Source: an uncultured delta proteobacterium (GTDB taxonomy: Bacteria > Desulfobacterota > BSN033 > UBA1163). Taken from it: a stretch of DNA of 64,000 bases. Numbering within the stretch: position 1 is the stretch's first letter; each line of letters begins with the position of its first letter. This document shows positions 61,311 to 64,000 of the stretch, piece by piece. The position numbers were made by a program, and so were the translations under genes. The notes under the pieces were generated by a model, which saw nothing but the letters and a program-made list of their open reading frames with translations, was not told where the DNA came from and made no database searches. Where the stretch lies: the NCBI GenBank assembly GCA_963828805.1, contig CAWHGS010000043.1, positions 585 to 64,584 of the forward strand, read 5' to 3'.

Positions 61311-61628
61311 ATGGTCTTCCAGAACCATGTCATCCTGACCGGAAGGGTGGCAAAGCCCCCTTCGCGCCACCATCGGCCTGACGGATCCCCTGTGGTCCAG
61401 TTCCCACTCGAATTCAACCATCAGGAGGACGCCTCCGGGGAAGAAAGGAAGAGCCGGGTCGACATTGTGGCCATTGGAAAACTGGCTGAATTAGAGCCCA
61501 GTTTTTTTCAATGCGGTCAATCCCTTCTGGTCGAGGGTCGTCTCCAGCAGCGGCGATGGCAGACACCCGAAGGAAGAGATCTCAGCCGCCTTGAGGTGAT
61601 TGCAACCGATTTTCGAAAGGTGGAATAA
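61311..61628 (+). CDS. short OB-fold single-stranded DNA-binding protein (SSB/PriB-like, no acidic C-terminal tail)
   Basis: 105-aa ORF NHVILTGRVAKPP...VDIVAIGKLAE...GQSLLVEGRLQQRRWQTPEGRDLSRLEVIA. It occupies the conserved rpsF-[ssb/priB]-rpsR position. Confidence 0.7.
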   Translation: MVFQNHVILTGRVAKPPSRHHRPDGSPVVQFPLEFNHQEDASGEERKSRVDIVAIGKLAELEPSFFQCGQSLLVEGRLQQRRWQTPEGRDLSRLEVIATDFRKVE

Positions 61629-61740
61629 TCAACCCTGCGATCCTGTCTTCGCCAGGGACAAGAAGGATTCAAGAGAGAGGAGAAAAGAATGAACAGACCC
61701 ACTGAAAGACCCGGAACGCGACAGAAAGAAAAAACCTTTT

Positions 61741-61953
61741 TTGAGGCGGAAGGTCTGCCGATTCTGCGCCGACAAGAAACTCGACATCGATTACAAGAAC
61801 CCGAGGGTTCTGAGATATTTTATCACCGAACGGGGAAAGATCATTCCCCGGCGAATCTCCGGGAACTGTGCGAAGCATCAGAGAGAGGTGACCGCGGCGA
61901 TCAAAAAGGCGCGCAATATCGCGATTCTGCCCTTCACCACGGCAACGTCCTAA
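61741..61953 (+). CDS. rpsR: 30S ribosomal protein S18
   Basis: Sequence [64 protein letters not shown]. The true start may be the ATG at 61689, joined through a T-run indel near 61735. Confidence 0.85.
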   Translation: MRRKVCRFCADKKLDIDYKNPRVLRYFITERGKIIPRRISGNCAKHQREVTAAIKKARNIAILPFTTATS

Positions 61954-62013
61954 GAGCGGTTCATCATCAGCATCCATTGCAAATCAGCAATGAGACCATT
62001 TAGGAGGTGGTCC

Positions 62014-62457
62014 ATGCAAGTCATTTTATTGGAAGATGTTTCCTCTTTGGGAAAGGCTGGGGATCTGGTCAAGGTCTCGGACGGATATGGCCGCAACTAC
62101 CTGATCCCCCAGAAAAAGGCCATCCTGGCCACGGAAAAAAATATCAAAACCTTGGAACATCAGAAACGTCTGGTTCAACATCGCATGGCAAAGACGAAGA
62201 AGGATGTCCAGAAAATGGCCCAGGAGATCGAGACTCTCTCCTGTACCTTTGCCAGGTCGGTTGGAGAGAGCGGAAAGCTCTTCGGGTCGGTCACCTCCAT
62301 GGATATTGAAGCCTACCTCAAGGAAAATGGCCTCGAGATCGATCGCAAGAAGATCCACCTGGAGGAACCCCTGAAGAGCGTGGGCATGTTTACCGTTCCG
62401 ATCAAGCTCCATCCGGAGGTCGTCGCCAATCTCAAGGTCTGGATCGTTCAGGAGTAA
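62014..62457 (+). CDS. rplI: 50S ribosomal protein L9
   Basis: Sequence MQVILLEDVSSLGKAGDLVKVSDGYGRNYLIPQKKA. Confidence 0.9.
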   Translation: MQVILLEDVSSLGKAGDLVKVSDGYGRNYLIPQKKAILATEKNIKTLEHQKRLVQHRMAKTKKDVQKMAQEIETLSCTFARSVGESGKLFGSVTSMDIEAYLKENGLEIDRKKIHLEEPLKSVGMFTVPIKLHPEVVANLKVWIVQE

Positions 62458-62463
62458 TGGAGG

Positions 62464-63946
62464 ATGAAGGAGGAAAACGTCTCCTCCCACAAAATGCCTC
62501 CTCAGAATATTGAGGCGGAGCAGTCTGTCCTGGGAGGCATTCTCATCGAAAATGGGGCCATCCATAAAGTGATGGAGATCCTCACTCCTGACGATTTCTA
62601 CCGGGAGGCCCATCAAAAGATCTACAACAGCCTTCTCGACCTTTCCGAGAGGGACGAACCCGCTGACCTCATCACCCTCACCAACGAACTCCGGAAGAAA
62701 GACCAACTCGATTCGATCGGAGGGGCCTCCTACGTGGCCTCTCTCATCGATACGATCCCCACGGCCGCCAACATTGAATATTATGCCCGCATCGTCAAGG
62801 AAAAAGCGATCCTTCGAAAACTGATCGAGACCGCCACGGACATTGTCACCCAAGGCTACGAGGATCGGCAAGATGTGGAGGGACTTCTCGATGAGGCAGA
62901 GCGAGCCATCTTTCAGATCGCCGAAAACAGGGTGAGACCCTCTTTCTATCCGATCCGGGAGATCGTGAAGAGCAGCTTCAAAACCCTCGAAAAACTCTAT
63001 GAGAAGAAAGAGATGATCACGGGGATTCCTTCCGGGTTTAAAGATCTCGATCTGATACACGGCCGGCTTTCAACCCTCTGACCTCATCATCGTTGCCGGA
63101 AGGCCCAGCATGGGAAAGACAGCCCTCTGTCTCAATATCGCCCAGTATGCGGCGATTGAGAAAAGGGTTCCTGTTGCGATCTTCTCCCTTGAGATGTCGA
63201 AAGAACAGCTCGTTCTTCGGATGCTCTGCTCCGAAGCCCAGGTCGAAGGGACTCGGATCCGGACAGGCTTTCTGTCGGAGAGTGATTGGCCCAAACTGAC
63301 CCTCGCCGCAGGGAACCTCTCCGATGCCCCCATCTTCATCGATGACACACCCGCCCTCACCATTCTTGAATTGCGGGCCAAGGCCCGACGCCTCAAGGGG
63401 GAACATGGGTTGGGCATGCTCATCGTCGACTACCTCCAGCTCATGAGGGGAAGAACCATGATCGAAAACCGGCAGCAGGAGATCTCTGAAATCTCCCGTT
63501 CCCTCAAGGCCCTTGCCAAGGAGCTGAATCTCCCGGTGATCGCGGTTTCTCAGCTCAGCCGGAGATCGGAATCACGAGAGGATAAGAGGCCCCAGATGTC
63601 AGACCTCCGGGAATCGGGAGCCATTGAACAGGATGCGGACCTCATCCTCTTCATCTATCGGGATGAAGTCTACAATCGTTCTGAAGATAATCCCAATCGC
63701 GGAAAGGCCGAGGTCATCATCGGAAAGCAGCGGAATGGTCCGACCGGAAGGATCGAACTGGCCTTTCTGGACAAATTTACTGCCTTTAAAGACCTTTACA
63801 CGGGGCTCCGGGGGATGGCTACGAATAAGGAAACGGATAGGGTTCAAATCGGAGTATCAGAAAGTGCCATTGCAAGGAGTGCAGGCGACGTGGCGATCTC
63901 GAACAAGCTGATAGGAGATGTCAAACCCAAATTTCAGATCGATTGA
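62464..63946 (+). pseudogene. dnaB: replicative DNA helicase DnaB, one frame shift near 63075
   Basis: The N-terminus is PPQNIEAEQSVLGGILIENG. Walker A is [16 protein letters not shown] (frame of 63110-63946). It also has [32 protein letters not shown] and [12 protein letters not shown]. Confidence 0.9.
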
Positions 63947-64000
63947 ACATTAAATCTTGATATCGCATCTTCATTGAAGCGTGCTATGAACCTCCCCAAC

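Noticed and set aside
62026-63060. 344-aa minus-strand ORF
   Set aside because: It is antisense to rplI and the N-terminal half of dnaB. I recognise no motifs, so it is a shadow ORF.

Overview
This is a 64-kb chromosomal window from a bacterium, probably an uncultivated anaerobe, with most genes on the minus strand. I cannot assign taxonomy from sequence alone.

Recognisable content, in order:
- A tRNA-Gly/tRNA-Cys pair next to small accessory genes.
- Envelope and housekeeping genes: pgsA, a lytic transglycosylase, TolC, EndoQ, a GT9 glycosyltransferase, an M23 peptidase, two GalT-like genes, trmFO, topA, dprA, trxA.
- A rhodanese gene flanked by two paralogous DMT transporter genes.
- A long catabolic cluster resembling anaerobic nicotinate/N-heterocycle degradation. 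It has an AA_synth family gene, UPF0280, a 6-hydroxynicotinate-reductase-like gene, an enamidase-like gene, a three-subunit xanthine-dehydrogenase-family enzyme, mmsA, a TRAP transporter and an XRE-cupin regulator.
- A BrnT/BrnA toxin-antitoxin pair beside an enoyl-CoA hydratase and a truncated livF.
- ttcA, relA/spoT, rpmB and two divergent radical-SAM genes.
- A LemA / DUF350 / poly-Hint / Tim44-like operon.
- pyrK-pyrD, purM, queA-tgt-yajC and rpsF-ssb-rpsR-rplI-dnaB.

Major caveat: dozens of otherwise well-conserved genes are broken by single-base frame shifts. This looks more like unpolished long-read assembly error than biology. All 'pseudogene' labels and many gene boundaries are therefore provisional.

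Most interesting observations:
1. An exported protein made only of four head-to-tail intein-like (Hint) modules. Each keeps Cys1, TxxH and a terminal HN. It sits in an operon with LemA, DUF350 and a double Tim44-like membrane protein.
2. A periplasmic rhodanese whose catalytic Cys position is an in-frame TGA followed by a stem-loop, making it a candidate selenoprotein. It is bracketed by two paralogous DMT transporters.
3. A MinD/ParA-like ATPase fused to a J domain and a RodZ-like HTH.
4. Families of G-rich/C-rich intergenic palindromes, including TTAGGG-like words.

No CRISPR array, transposase, integrase or rRNA was seen.
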